Source: an uncultured bacterium
GTDB lineage: Bacteria > Planctomycetota > DG-23 > CBDVDV01
NCBI GenBank assembly: GCA_965372835.1
Contig: CBDVDV010000001.1
Span: 4,593 to 68,592 of the forward strand
DNA length: 64,000 nt
Direction of reading: 5' to 3'
The notes under the pieces are model-generated. The model saw only the letters and a program-made list of their open reading frames with translations, ran no database searches and was not told the origin of the DNA. The stretch's first letter is position 1; each line of letters opens with the position of its first letter. Positions 18,183 through 28,083 of the stretch are shown in pieces. The position numbers were made by a program, and so were the translations under genes.

Positions 18183-20128
18183 CTCGAGCCTCGCCCCGGC
18201 GGGGAACGTCGGCGACGAAGCGCGGTCAAGCCGGCCCCTCCCAGGACCATCAGTCCTCCGCCAATCCAAATCCAGAGCACCCCCGGGCGTCGGTGCACCA
18301 GCAGTGCGATGCTGCCGTCGGCACGGTCAGCGGTGATCGCCACCAGCAAGTCTTCCCGAAGCCCGGTCCGAACGGCGAGTTCGGCATTGAGATCATCGCG
18401 GCCCCAGTAGGCGCGCAGTTCCGGGGAGAGGACGACGGAGCGCCCTCCGCTTTCGGTAACCTTAATCCTGGCCACCATGGCCTCGTAACCACTCTTCTCG
18501 GTGAAGTCGCGGCCTTCGAATTGCACGGTCAGGCCAGCCGCCCCCTTCGAGGCGCCGGGCTTCAGAGCCACGCGCTCGCTTCGAGAGAATCCCGCCGAGA
18601 GAGTTAAGCCCATAACCAGAACCGCCACGCCAAGGTGCACCAAGAGCAGGGCAGCTACCCGCCACCCCACTCCTTGGCCACTGCGCCTGGCTGGCCAGTT
18701 CAGGAGGCGGCTTGCCAGCCGTGCCAGAAGCGTGAGTGCAGCGCCGCCGACCACTGCAGCCATCACGAAAGCCACTACCCCCCAAGCAGGCCCGAGGATG
18801 CCTTGCCGGATGAAGCGACAGGCAATGAACCCACCCGGCACCAATCCTACGACGGCCACCCACCACGAACGTGCCCGCGACAGCACCACCGAGCAACCCC
18901 AGAGCGCCGCGGCCAGCACCACCGCTACTGGGACAGCCAGCCGGTCGTAAAACGTCCTGGTCAGAGTGGGGATACTCTCAGAAGGGCCGGCGACGCTCGC
19001 CCACGCAGCCGCCATGGCCGGCCACCAGGTGCCCACCAGTACCACCGTGGCGAGGCCCACCAGCGTCACCGCGGTCACGGCCAGGAGCCAGTCTCTCCTC
19101 TGGAATGTCCGGACCGTTTCGCTCGTCAGGTTCCGCCATTGCCAAACCAGGAGCCCAGCCGACGCCAAGAAGACGGCTACCACGCCTACGAGTAAGGGCG
19201 GAGCCAGGCGAGAGGGAGCGAAGGCATGCTTTGAGACCACCAGCCCCCCTCGTGTGAGCAGCACTCCCAGAAGGCACAAGAGGAACGTGAGGGAAACAAG
19301 CACCGCGCCCCAGGCGGGCTGAACCCGCCGCCGACGGACCAGGCCCAGCGTGTGGAGCAGCGCGGTGGCCGAGAGCCAGGGGATGAGTGAGGCGTTCTCC
19401 ACCGGGTCCCAGGACCAGTATCCACCCCAACCCAGTTCCACGTAGGCCCACTGCATCCCAAGGAGATTGCCCAGCGTGAGGAAAGTCCACGCTGCCAGGA
19501 GCCAAGGACGCGATCGGCGAAGGGCGTCCCTCATAGGCTCACCTGAGACCAGCGCTGCCGCCACCACGGCAAAAGGGACCGCAAACAGGAGGTACCCGAG
19601 GTACAAGGTCGCGGGGTGGAAGAGCATCTGGACGTTTTGCAGAGCGTCCCTGAGCCCGGTTCCCTCTCCCGGCGGAAAGTGGTAGGTGACGAACGGATCT
19701 GCGTAGACGACCACCAAGCCGGTGAAGAAACATACCAGCGAAGCCAGCACAGCGTGAGCGAGCGTTCGCAGCGCTCGCGTCATCCGTCTGGCCGTCAGCA
19801 GGAAGACCGCATCGCAGGCGGCGAGCAGGAATGTCCAGAAAAGCAGGGAACCCTCGGGCCCCGCCCACAGGGCGCTCAGAGCATAGTAGAGAGGGAGTTC
19901 ACTGTCGGTATGCGCATCGACGTAGAGCAGGCGAAAATCGCGGGTCAGAAGGCCGACCGTCAAGGTGGCCGTCGCCAGTGTCAGGCCGACGAAGGCCACC
20001 GCCGCCAGCGCTACCACCCAGCGCCACCATCGTCGCGCGGAAAACCGAGCGGTCACGACCCCGAGACAAGCCGAGCCGGCGCTGGCCAGGAAAGCTGCTG
20101 CCACCGCCCAGCGCGCCAGCCTATACAT
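18179..20128 (-). CDS. ccmF: Cytochrome c-type biogenesis protein CcmF (heme lyase / WWD-domain heme handling protein)
   Basis: 649 aa polytopic membrane protein with the WWD signature GWGGYWSWDPVEN. Confidence 0.85.
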   Translation of the reverse strand: MYRLARWAVAAAFLASAGSACLGVVTARFSARRWWRWVVALAAVAFVGLTLATATLTVGLLTRDFRLLYVDAHTDSELPLYYALSALWAGPEGSLLFWTFLLAACDAVFLLTARRMTRALRTLAHAVLASLVCFFTGLVVVYADPFVTYHFPPGEGTGLRDALQNVQMLFHPATLYLGYLLFAVPFAVVAAALVSGEPMRDALRRSRPWLLAAWTFLTLGNLLGMQWAYVELGWGGYWSWDPVENASLIPWLSATALLHTLGLVRRRRVQPAWGAVLVSLTFLLCLLGVLLTRGGLVVSKHAFAPSRLAPPLLVGVVAVFLASAGLLVWQWRNLTSETVRTFQRRDWLLAVTAVTLVGLATVVLVGTWWPAMAAAWASVAGPSESIPTLTRTFYDRLAVPVAVVLAAALWGCSVVLSRARSWWVAVVGLVPGGFIACRFIRQGILGPAWGVVAFVMAAVVGGAALTLLARLASRLLNWPARRSGQGVGWRVAALLLVHLGVAVLVMGLTLSAGFSRSERVALKPGASKGAAGLTVQFEGRDFTEKSGYEAMVARIKVTESGGRSVVLSPELRAYWGRDDLNAELAVRTGLREDLLVAITADRADGSIALLVHRRPGVLWIWIGGGLMVLGGAGLTALRRRRSPPGRGSR

Positions 20129-20161
20129 GGTGCACCTCTCCAGGCCGCGCTGCCCAAGTGC

Positions 20162-20593
20162 TCACTTGCCGTCCTTGAGCGCTTCGTACTTGGAGGGGCA
20201 CTTGGTCAGGACCTCGTAAGCCTCAAAGGGAGCCGCCGGCCGAAGATAGCCCGACACCACCACTTCCCGGCCGGGAGCGAAGAGGGGAGGGGGGTCGCCG
20301 GGAAAGACAACGTCGATGGCGTGCGTCTTCCCGCGCAGCGTGAAGCGCGTGCGACCCGAAGTCAGGTCGTACTCTATGCTTCCGGGCTCCACCGTGCCCT
20401 TGACGCGCACCGGTCGCTCGGGGTCGACCTGCTGCGAAGAGACGAGGGCATCCACGTCGCGGTAATAGTCCAGGCTGCCACTCCAGGCCGCCACCAGGAT
20501 CAGCGCCACGCCTCCAGTCAGGGCCACCGACACCCACAGCCTCTTTGCGGCTTTGCTTGAAGGAGACTCGGTCTGTTTCTCGTCCGCACTCAC
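20162..20593 (-). CDS. ccmE: Cytochrome c-type biogenesis heme chaperone CcmE
   Basis: 143 aa. N-terminal TM anchor then an OB-fold region (RVKGTVEPGSIEYD, FTLRG, VVVSGYL) typical of CcmE. Confidence 0.8.
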   Translation of the reverse strand: MSADEKQTESPSSKAAKRLWVSVALTGGVALILVAAWSGSLDYYRDVDALVSSQQVDPERPVRVKGTVEPGSIEYDLTSGRTRFTLRGKTHAIDVVFPGDPPPLFAPGREVVVSGYLRPAAPFEAYEVLTKCPSKYEALKDGK

Positions 20594-20867
20594 AGAGACG
20601 CCCTCATCGGCAGGCCTGCCCGCACGACCTGCCCCTGCCAGCAGCCCGCGCCTCAGCCCGGTTCCCTCTCTTCGATTGTGCCTTTCCCCCGTCGAGGTGT
20701 CAACGAAAAGCCCCGGGCTCCAGGGGCCCTGTCCTGCGGTGTCCCGGGGCGTTGCCCGCGTCAGAGACGGAATGTGTGCTTGCTTCGGTGCCCTGATGAG
20801 CGCCCCCCCCGACCCCTTGCCGGTTGGTCTTTTGCCTTGACAGGACCGGGTTCTGCGGTATGTTTGT

Positions 20868-21773
20868 GTGAGGAACGGGCTGAATTGGAACGGGTGTTGC
20901 TGGAGTGAGATATTGGCTCACCGACCGATACCTGAAGAGCCGCGCCGAGCGCCCGTCGCCGGGCTTTCGCCACTGCGGACGTTGCGGCCGTTGCTGACGG
21001 GGCTGCTCGTCATTCTGGTGGTGCTCCTGGCCCTCGTCGGACTGGGGCGCATTTTCCGGGAAAAGAGCGCGACACGCGTAGAGCAGGTCCGACGGCAAAT
21101 GGAGGCCGAAGGTACACCGTCAGCCCAGCAGTTGGGCGCGCCGTTGAAGAAGTACCCGCCGTTGCCACCGGCCGAGCAAGAGCGGCTCAAAGACACCATC
21201 GTTGTGGTGGAGACGGACTTCGGGCGCTTCGCCTTCGAGTTCTACCCCGAGGTGGCGCCCCAGAGCGTCCAGAACTTCGTCTGGCTGGTGGAACAGCATT
21301 TCTACGACCAGCAGTTGGTCGCCGGAGGCAAACCCGGGGATGGGCTCAGACTGTTAAGTTTTTCGGACGACCCCCGCTTCCTGTACCGCGTCGAGGCGGA
21401 GTTCAGCCAACTGGAGGTCGAAGCGGGAGTGGTAATGCTCGAACGCACCATCGACCCGGGCTTCCTGGAAGGCGAGGCGGAAAAGCCCGAATACCTGAAC
21501 TCAGGCTCCACCCGGGTCTGGATCGCGCTGGGTCCGAAGCCAGCCTGGGTCCCCAAGTATACCGTCTTCGGCAAGGTCATCGAAGGCCTTGACGTGGTGC
21601 ACGAACTGGCCCTGACATTTAGCGAGGGGCTGCCGGACTACGCGGACGAGGTACTGGTGTATCAGGTGAGGCTGGTGGCGCGCGGGCAACTGCAGTCGGT
21701 ACTGGCGGAGCCGCTGGAGGAGCCGACCGATATTCCCTGGGCTCCCCAGCGGAGTCTGCTTCCGCCAGGCTGA
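20868..21773 (+). CDS. Membrane-anchored cyclophilin-type peptidyl-prolyl cis-trans isomerase
   Basis: N-terminal TM helix LLTGLLVILVVLLALVGL followed by a cyclophilin core (VVETDFGRFAFEFYPEVAPQSVQNFVWLVEQHFYD). True start probably internal (TTG ~20982); a TTGACA-N16-TATGTT promoter candidate lies at 20836-20863. Confidence 0.75.
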   Translation: MRNGLNWNGCCWSEILAHRPIPEEPRRAPVAGLSPLRTLRPLLTGLLVILVVLLALVGLGRIFREKSATRVEQVRRQMEAEGTPSAQQLGAPLKKYPPLPPAEQERLKDTIVVVETDFGRFAFEFYPEVAPQSVQNFVWLVEQHFYDQQLVAGGKPGDGLRLLSFSDDPRFLYRVEAEFSQLEVEAGVVMLERTIDPGFLEGEAEKPEYLNSGSTRVWIALGPKPAWVPKYTVFGKVIEGLDVVHELALTFSEGLPDYADEVLVYQVRLVARGQLQSVLAEPLEEPTDIPWAPQRSLLPPG

Positions 21774-21790
21774 GTGAGAACACTGGTGCG

Positions 21791-22063
21791 CCGGTCGTGC
21801 TAAGCGGGGAGGTAGCGGTGCCCTGTACCCGCAAACCGCTAAAGCGGGGCCGAATTCCTTCCCGAGGGCTCTGCTTCCTCGGACGTATCTTCGGCACGTG
21901 GTGATGAAGGTCGGGTCCTATGCAACAGGGCGGCGTGAACCTGGTCAGGCCTTGACGGGAGCAGCCATAAGCGCATGTCCCTGTGTGCCGTAGGGTCGCC
22001 TGGCTGGAGCCAACGACTGCAGAGCGTCCCTGGAAGGGGGTTCGACGGAAGGTGCACGACCGG
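21791..22063 (+). ncRNA. ffs: Signal recognition particle RNA, long Bacillus-type form with Alu domain
   Basis: GUGCUAAGCGGGGAGGUAGCGGUGCCCUGUACC...GGCCGAAU Alu-domain segment, domain IV GGUCAGG..GGAGCAGCCAUAAG..GUGUGCCGUAGGG, and a terminal helix CCGGUCGUGC/GCACGACCGG. Matches my recollection of B. subtilis scRNA over most of its length. Sits upstream of dnaX as in Firmicutes. Confidence 0.85.
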
Positions 22064-22110
22064 TGCGCCTTTGTCCTTGACCAGGAGAACCGGTGGGGAA
22101 GACTTCGGCG

Positions 22111-23745
22111 ATGTCCTACGTGGTGCTGGCGCTCAGGTATCGGCCTCAGCGCTTTGAGGAAATGGTCGGCCAGTCGGCCATCGCCACCACCCTGGCCAAC
22201 GCCATCCGCACCGGTCGCCTGGCCCAGGCCTACATCTTCGCCGGTCCCCGGGGCACCGGCAAGACCTCCATGGCCCGCATCTTCGCCAAGGCCCTGAACT
22301 GCGAACAGGGTCCTACCCCTGAGCCCTGCAACCAGTGCGACATCTGCCGAAGCATCGACCGCGGTGACGACCTGGACGTCCTGGAAATCGACGCCGCCTC
22401 GAACCGCGGCATCGACAACGTCCGCGAACTCCGCGACCACGTCCGCTACCGTCCGGCCCGCACCCGGTTCAAAATCTACTACCTCGACGAAGCCCACATG
22501 ATTACCGGCCCGGCCTGGAACGCGCTCCTGAAGACCCTCGAGGAACCTCCGGAGCACGTCAAGTTCATCTTTTCGACCACCGCGGCGGAGAAGATGCCCG
22601 AGACCATCCTCTCCCGCTGTCAGCGCTTCGACTTCCGCAATCTCTCGACCGCGGACATCGTCACCAGGCTCACCCAGATCGCCGAGGCCGAGTCCATCGA
22701 GACCGCCCCCGCCGTCCTGGAGCTCATCGCCAGGCGGGCCCGCGGCGGGATGCGCGATGCCATCTCACTGCTGGACCAACTGCACGCAGCCAGCGACCGC
22801 ACCATCACCCGGGAAGCAGCCATTGACCTTCTGGGGATGCTGCCAACAGAGGCCGTGACCGACCTCTTCCAGGGCTTCCTCGACCGCGACGATGCTCACA
22901 TCCTCCAGTTGGTCACCGACGCCGGCTCCCAGGGCAAGGACCTCGGCGAGTTAATGACTCAGGCCATCGAACACGCCCGGATTCTGCTTCACCTGCAGGT
23001 GCTGGGTGACGACCCGGTGCTCGGCGGTCTGCTCCCCGAGCAGGCCGAACGGCTCCGCCGTCAGGCGCAGGCCTTTCAGGTGGACCACCTGCTTCACGCC
23101 GTCGAGGTCCTGGCCAGCGCCCGCTTCCAACTTCGCAACGTCGTCGACGCCCAGGTCCTGGTGGAGGTGGCCTTGCTGGAACTGGCTCGGCTGGACGAAC
23201 TTCGTCCGCTGAGCGAGTTGGCGAGCAAGGTGGAGGCCCTGGCCCGGAAGGTGACCAGCGCCTCGGCGGCACCGCCTCTCACCTCACCGGCGTCGCCGTC
23301 GGCGGCGACCACCAGGGTGGAGCAGACTGGCCCGCTCGGCCAGGCAGACCTGCGGACGGCCCGGGGGCTCTGGCCCGAACTGGCCGACCAAGTGGACGGC
23401 GTCCCCGGGCAGACGCTCACCCACCTGGCCCCGGTGGCCGTCTCCGGTGACCAACTCCTGGTGACCTGGAACGACCAGGAGGAGCCGGAGGACACGAGCG
23501 GCCTGGAGGGGGCTCTGCAAGCAGCCGGGGTCTTCCTTACGACCAGCCTGGGGCGTCCGGTGAGCGTTGCTCTGCAGCCCGTGGTGGGGGGCGCCCCGGA
23601 CGATGCGCCTGCGGAGGAGCAGGAGGAGGCGCCGAGCAGACACCGTGAGTCCGCCTCCCACCGACGGCGGCACCCGGCCAACGACGCCATAGTCCAGCGG
23701 GCCGTCGAACTGTTCGAAGGCACCATCGAAGAAGGGGATGCATAA
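22111..23745 (+). CDS. dnaX: DNA polymerase III subunit gamma/tau
   Basis: Walker A GPRGTGKTS, zinc module CNQCDICRS, clamp-loader box; Ala/Pro-rich C-terminal region. Confidence 0.93.
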   Translation: MSYVVLALRYRPQRFEEMVGQSAIATTLANAIRTGRLAQAYIFAGPRGTGKTSMARIFAKALNCEQGPTPEPCNQCDICRSIDRGDDLDVLEIDAASNRGIDNVRELRDHVRYRPARTRFKIYYLDEAHMITGPAWNALLKTLEEPPEHVKFIFSTTAAEKMPETILSRCQRFDFRNLSTADIVTRLTQIAEAESIETAPAVLELIARRARGGMRDAISLLDQLHAASDRTITREAAIDLLGMLPTEAVTDLFQGFLDRDDAHILQLVTDAGSQGKDLGELMTQAIEHARILLHLQVLGDDPVLGGLLPEQAERLRRQAQAFQVDHLLHAVEVLASARFQLRNVVDAQVLVEVALLELARLDELRPLSELASKVEALARKVTSASAAPPLTSPASPSAATTRVEQTGPLGQADLRTARGLWPELADQVDGVPGQTLTHLAPVAVSGDQLLVTWNDQEEPEDTSGLEGALQAAGVFLTTSLGRPVSVALQPVVGGAPDDAPAEEQEEAPSRHRESASHRRRHPANDAIVQRAVELFEGTIEEGDA

Positions 23746-23748
23746 GTC

Positions 23749-24072
23749 ATGCTCAAGGGCATGGGCGGGATGGGCAACATCCTCAAGCAGGCCCAGAAGA
23801 TGCAGCAGCGCCTCCAGGAAGTGCAGCAGGAACTGAAAGCGCGTGTGGTCGAGGGGTCGGCCGGTGGCGGCATGGTGCGCGTGGCCGCCAATGGGGCCCA
23901 GGAGATCCTCTCCGTAAAGATCGACCCCGAGGCGGTCAACGCCGAGGACACCGAACTCCTGGAAGACATGGTTCTGGCTGCGGTGGGTCAGGCCCTGGAG
24001 AAGGCCCGGCAGATGGCCCAGGAAGAGATGGCTAAAGTGACCGGCGGACTCCAACTGCCGGGGCTCATGTAG
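23749..24072 (+). CDS. ybaB: Nucleoid-associated protein YbaB/EbfC
   Basis: 107 aa. MGNILKQAQKMQQRLQEVQQEL N-terminus characteristic of the family. Conserved dnaX-ybaB-recR order. Confidence 0.9.
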   Translation: MLKGMGGMGNILKQAQKMQQRLQEVQQELKARVVEGSAGGGMVRVAANGAQEILSVKIDPEAVNAEDTELLEDMVLAAVGQALEKARQMAQEEMAKVTGGLQLPGLM

Positions 24073-24084
24073 GGCGGAGCAACG

Positions 24085-24684
24085 ATGCCTGAGTACGGCG
24101 AAGTGTTGGGTCAGTTGCTGGAGGAGCTGGGAAGGCTTCCGGGCATCGGCCCGAAGAGCGCCGAGCGGCTGGCCGACCACATCCTGCGCAGCCCCAAGGA
24201 GGAGGCCCTGACCTTGGCCCGAGCCATCCGCGAGGTCAAGGAGCGTCTGCGTCCCTGCTCCCGGTGCTTCAGCATCTCCGAGTCCGACCCCTGCCACATT
24301 TGCTCTGACCCCCGCCGGGACCACGCGGTCATCTGTGTGGTCGAACAGCCCCGCGACGTGCTGGCCATCGAACGCTCGGGGGCCTACCGGGGCCTCTACC
24401 ACGTGTTAGGCGGCCGGCTGGCCCCGCTGGAAGACGTGGGCCCGGGGCAGTTGACCATCAGGGCCCTCGTAGCCCGGGTCAAAGAGGGGGGGGTGAGCGA
24501 GGTGGTCATCGCCACCAACCCTACGGTGGAAGGGGAGACTACGGCGCTGCACCTGGCCGAAGTGCTCAAGCCGCTGGGGGTGACGATGACCAGGCTGGCC
24601 CGGGGAATGCCGGCCGGCGCCAGCCTCGAGTACTCCAGCGCCGCCGTGATTGGTGACGCCCTGCGCGACCGTCGGCCACTGTAG
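24085..24684 (+). CDS. recR: Recombination protein RecR
   Basis: HhH LPGIGPKSAERLA, C4 zinc finger CSRCFSISESDPCHIC, Toprim domain. Confidence 0.93.
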   Translation: MPEYGEVLGQLLEELGRLPGIGPKSAERLADHILRSPKEEALTLARAIREVKERLRPCSRCFSISESDPCHICSDPRRDHAVICVVEQPRDVLAIERSGAYRGLYHVLGGRLAPLEDVGPGQLTIRALVARVKEGGVSEVVIATNPTVEGETTALHLAEVLKPLGVTMTRLARGMPAGASLEYSSAAVIGDALRDRRPL

Positions 24685-24723
24685 CCGACGGTCGGGCGCG
24701 TCTGACAGAGCAAGGCGACAGAG

Positions 24724-26280
24724 ATGCCGATGGGGATGGAGCAGAGACTGGTCCCGAGGCTGGAACAGCGCCTCAGGCTCTCTCCCCGCATTATCCAATC
24801 CATAGAGATACTCCAGTTGCCCATGCTGGCCCTGGAGGAGCGGGTGGAGCAGGAACTCACCGAGAACCCCGTCCTGGAAGTGCGCGAAGAAGGCCCCGAG
24901 GTCGGTGAGGACGGGGAGACGACCGAGCCCACCGACGAAGTGTCCACCACGGCAGGAGAAGCCGAGGTCGCTGCTCCCGCCGATGACTCAGACGAGCCCA
25001 CCCCCGAGGAGGAGAGTGAGTACGAACGGCTGGAAAACCTGGTCAACGATTGGGAAGACTTCTACAGCCAGACCCGCCGGACACCCCGCTCGCAGGACAC
25101 CGACCCGAAGTTCGAAGCCCTCCAGAACACCATCGAGCGCCCCCTCTCCCTCGATGAATACCTCCTCTCCCAGCTTCGACTCCTGGACCTGGAGCCCCGG
25201 GTGTGGGAACTGGCCGAGAGCATCATCTACAATCTCGACGAGCAGGGCTACCTGAGCACTCCCCTGGAGGAAGTCGTGGCCCCCCTGCTTCCGCCCCAGG
25301 CCGGAGACTACGACGGCTCGACCGAGCTCGCCGAGGCCCGCAGCCAAGCGCTTCAGCAGGCCGAGGAGGCCCTGCGGGTAGTGCAGGGACTGGACCCACC
25401 GGGAATCGGCGCCCGGGACCTGGCCGAATGTCTGTTGCTTCAGATCACCGACGACCTGCCGCACGCCGACCTGGCCCGGGAACTGGTCGGCGGTCACCTC
25501 CAGGATTTGCTGCAAAACCGCTTGCCCGCGGTGGCCAAGACCACCGGTCACAGTCTTGACGAGATCAACCAGGCGCTGAAGACCATCGGGCAGCTGAACC
25601 CCCGGCCGGGCGCGCTCTTCAGTCACGAGGTGATCCCGTACGTGGTTCCCGACCTTACGGTGCGCTACGAGGACGGCCGTTACCGGGTGGTGCTCAACGA
25701 AGGTGGGGTCCCCGGGCTCTACATCCGCCGGGAGTACCGGGAACTGCTGCGCCGTCGGGATGGGGACCCCAAACTGCGCAACTACGTCAGGGAAAAGGTG
25801 CGCTCGGCCAAGTGGCTCATGGACGCCATCGAACAGCGCCGCCACACCCTCACCCGTATTGCCCAGGTCATCGTCGACCACCAACTGGAGTTCATGGAGA
25901 AAGGAGAGGGATACCTCCGCCCCTTGAAAATGCAGGAGGTGGCCGACGAGGTGGGCGTCCACGTGGCCACCGTCAGCCGGGCCGTTTCGGGGAAGTACCT
26001 GGATACACACCACGGCATCTACGAACTGCGCTACTTCTTCGCCGGCGGTCTGGTGACGGCCGAAGGCACCGAGGAATCCTGGAAGACGGTCAAGCAGCGG
26101 ATCGTCCGACTCATTGAGCAGGAAGAGAAGGGGAAACCACTCAGCGACCAGGCCGTCGTCGACCGCCTGAAAGACGAAGGCCTGAAGGTGGCCCGCCGCA
26201 CGGTGACCAAATACCGTAAAGAACTCAACATCCCCTCGGCCCGACTGCGCCGGCAATACGGTTCGGAGGCCCGGCCATGA
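24724..26280 (+). CDS. rpoN: RNA polymerase sigma-54 factor
   Basis: N-terminal Gln/Leu-rich activator-interacting region, acidic linker, and C-terminal RpoN box ARRTVTKYR. Confidence 0.92.
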   Translation: MPMGMEQRLVPRLEQRLRLSPRIIQSIEILQLPMLALEERVEQELTENPVLEVREEGPEVGEDGETTEPTDEVSTTAGEAEVAAPADDSDEPTPEEESEYERLENLVNDWEDFYSQTRRTPRSQDTDPKFEALQNTIERPLSLDEYLLSQLRLLDLEPRVWELAESIIYNLDEQGYLSTPLEEVVAPLLPPQAGDYDGSTELAEARSQALQQAEEALRVVQGLDPPGIGARDLAECLLLQITDDLPHADLARELVGGHLQDLLQNRLPAVAKTTGHSLDEINQALKTIGQLNPRPGALFSHEVIPYVVPDLTVRYEDGRYRVVLNEGGVPGLYIRREYRELLRRRDGDPKLRNYVREKVRSAKWLMDAIEQRRHTLTRIAQVIVDHQLEFMEKGEGYLRPLKMQEVADEVGVHVATVSRAVSGKYLDTHHGIYELRYFFAGGLVTAEGTEESWKTVKQRIVRLIEQEEKGKPLSDQAVVDRLKDEGLKVARRTVTKYRKELNIPSARLRRQYGSEARP

Positions 26281-28082
26281 CCACCGCCCGGTTCGCCCTA
26301 CGGCGAACCGACCCGCCAGCGGGCGGGCTGCTTCTGGCTCGCTTGCGTCAGTACCGTCGACGGCTCTGGCTGGGGCGGATAGTGCGCAACTCACTGGCCC
26401 TGGGCTACTGGTCGGCGGTGGTGGCCGTGGCCGCAGCCGGCGTCCTGGTTTTCTTCCCGGCCGTGGAAACGCTCGAGACCGTGCTCATCCTGGTGGCTGT
26501 GGGGCTGGCAGCGGGGGCGGTTCTGGGCTTTTTCGCCCGTCCCAGCCTGCAGTCGGCCGCCATCGCCACCGACCTCGCCGCCCGCAGCCGCGAGCAACTC
26601 AGCACCGCCCTGGAACTGGCTCAGGCGCCAGACTTGGCGGGCTTCTCGCGGCTCGTACTGGGCAGGGCGGCGACGGTGGCTCAGGGCCTCGAGCCCCGGC
26701 GGGTGCTTCCCCTCACCGTCCCCAAACACTGGCGCTGGACGGCAGGGCTGACGGCCCTGGCCTGTGCGCTCGCCTTCGTCCCCCGCTGCGACCTCGCCGC
26801 GCTGCGCCGTGGTCGGCAGGAGCGCCGGCACCTCGCCCAGGCGTTCCAGGTGCTGCGGAAGCGGCGGATCGTCGAGCACCTGGCCGGTCAGGCCAGACAG
26901 CAGAAAGACCCGGAACTGGCCCGGATGGCTCAGGAACTGCAGAAACTGCAGCGCCGGCTGGAGCAGCAGCAACTCAAGCGCGAGGAAGCCGTGGCCAGAC
27001 TCACTGCCCTCATCGAACGCCTTCGAGGCCGTAGGGAAGAGGCCGAAGCCGCCCGGCGACTGGCCGAAAAGCTCCGTGAACTGGTCGTCGGCGGCCGGGC
27101 CCCGGACAGTGTCGGAGCCGCTGCCACGGCCCGGGAGGCTGCGCGCCAACTGGCCAAGGAACTCGCCCAGCGTTCCCTCACCGAAGAGCAACTCAAGCAG
27201 TTGGCCCAGGCAGCCCAGAAGGTGGCCTCAATGAAATCGGCCCGCCCCGGAGAGCCCGGCGCCCAAGGCGAGGGCAGTCCCGGGGCAGGGGAGAGCCTTC
27301 GTGCAGCAACGGGTGACGGGGGTGCGGGCGGCCTGGCCGCCGCGGCGCAGCAGTTCCTGGCTGCCCTGGAGGCCGGTGATTTCCCTGAAGCCGCTGACCA
27401 ACTTGCGGCTGTGGGGAGGCTGCTTTCCGCGGAAGTCCAGTTGGAGCTCTCGGCCCAACAGATGGCCGTGCTCCTGGAAGGGCTGGAGGAGTCACGGGCC
27501 TTTGCGGGCGGGCTCGAGCCGGGCACCTACGCCGGGGCCGGCCTGAGGATCCGCCCGGCAGGAAGGAGTCGCTGGGTTGGGGGCAGTGGCCGGGGCTGGC
27601 GCCGGGGCCTCGCCTACACAGGTGGAGGGCACGGCCCCGAGTGGGGCACAGGGACTACCAATCTGGACGGCGGCCCCGGGCCGCAAGCAACCCCGCTGAG
27701 TGAGCACAAAGGCCGCCAGGCCCCGGGAAGCCGGCCGTACCAGACGGTCTCGGGCGAGTTCATCTATGCGCCGAGCCTGGTCAAAGGCCAGGCCAAAGAC
27801 GCCCGGGTACGCGGGGCCATGGGGAAAGGACCCTCGGTGGTCATCCGGGAGGAACTGGGCCGGACTGCGCCCCGGGAACAGGCCTACGTCCCCGTCACTC
27901 AGGTCCTGGCCCAGTACCAGCGAGAGGCTGAGCGCGCTCTGGAAGACGAGCGCATCCCCGCCGACTACCAGCACTACGTCCGCCACTATTTTGACAGTTG
28001 GGTCTCCGACCTCCAAGGCGCCGGGGGACCGACCGGTCCTCAGCCTGGCGAAGGCCCGTCCTCCGAGAACGGACAACCGTGA
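26277..28082 (+). CDS. Hypothetical membrane protein, two N-terminal TM helices then a long Ala/Arg/Glu-rich coiled coil and a Gly-rich C-terminal module; paralog of the 1080-aa protein at 39538
   Basis: Start overlaps the rpoN stop. N-terminal architecture and the C-terminal motif (ERIPADYQHYVRHYFDSW) resemble those of ORF 39538-42780 (PEGYEDLLQKYYERL). Confidence 0.6.
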   Translation: MTTARFALRRTDPPAGGLLLARLRQYRRRLWLGRIVRNSLALGYWSAVVAVAAAGVLVFFPAVETLETVLILVAVGLAAGAVLGFFARPSLQSAAIATDLAARSREQLSTALELAQAPDLAGFSRLVLGRAATVAQGLEPRRVLPLTVPKHWRWTAGLTALACALAFVPRCDLAALRRGRQERRHLAQAFQVLRKRRIVEHLAGQARQQKDPELARMAQELQKLQRRLEQQQLKREEAVARLTALIERLRGRREEAEAARRLAEKLRELVVGGRAPDSVGAAATAREAARQLAKELAQRSLTEEQLKQLAQAAQKVASMKSARPGEPGAQGEGSPGAGESLRAATGDGGAGGLAAAAQQFLAALEAGDFPEAADQLAAVGRLLSAEVQLELSAQQMAVLLEGLEESRAFAGGLEPGTYAGAGLRIRPAGRSRWVGGSGRGWRRGLAYTGGGHGPEWGTGTTNLDGGPGPQATPLSEHKGRQAPGSRPYQTVSGEFIYAPSLVKGQAKDARVRGAMGKGPSVVIREELGRTAPREQAYVPVTQVLAQYQREAERALEDERIPADYQHYVRHYFDSWVSDLQGAGGPTGPQPGEGPSSENGQP

Positions 28083-28083
28083 G

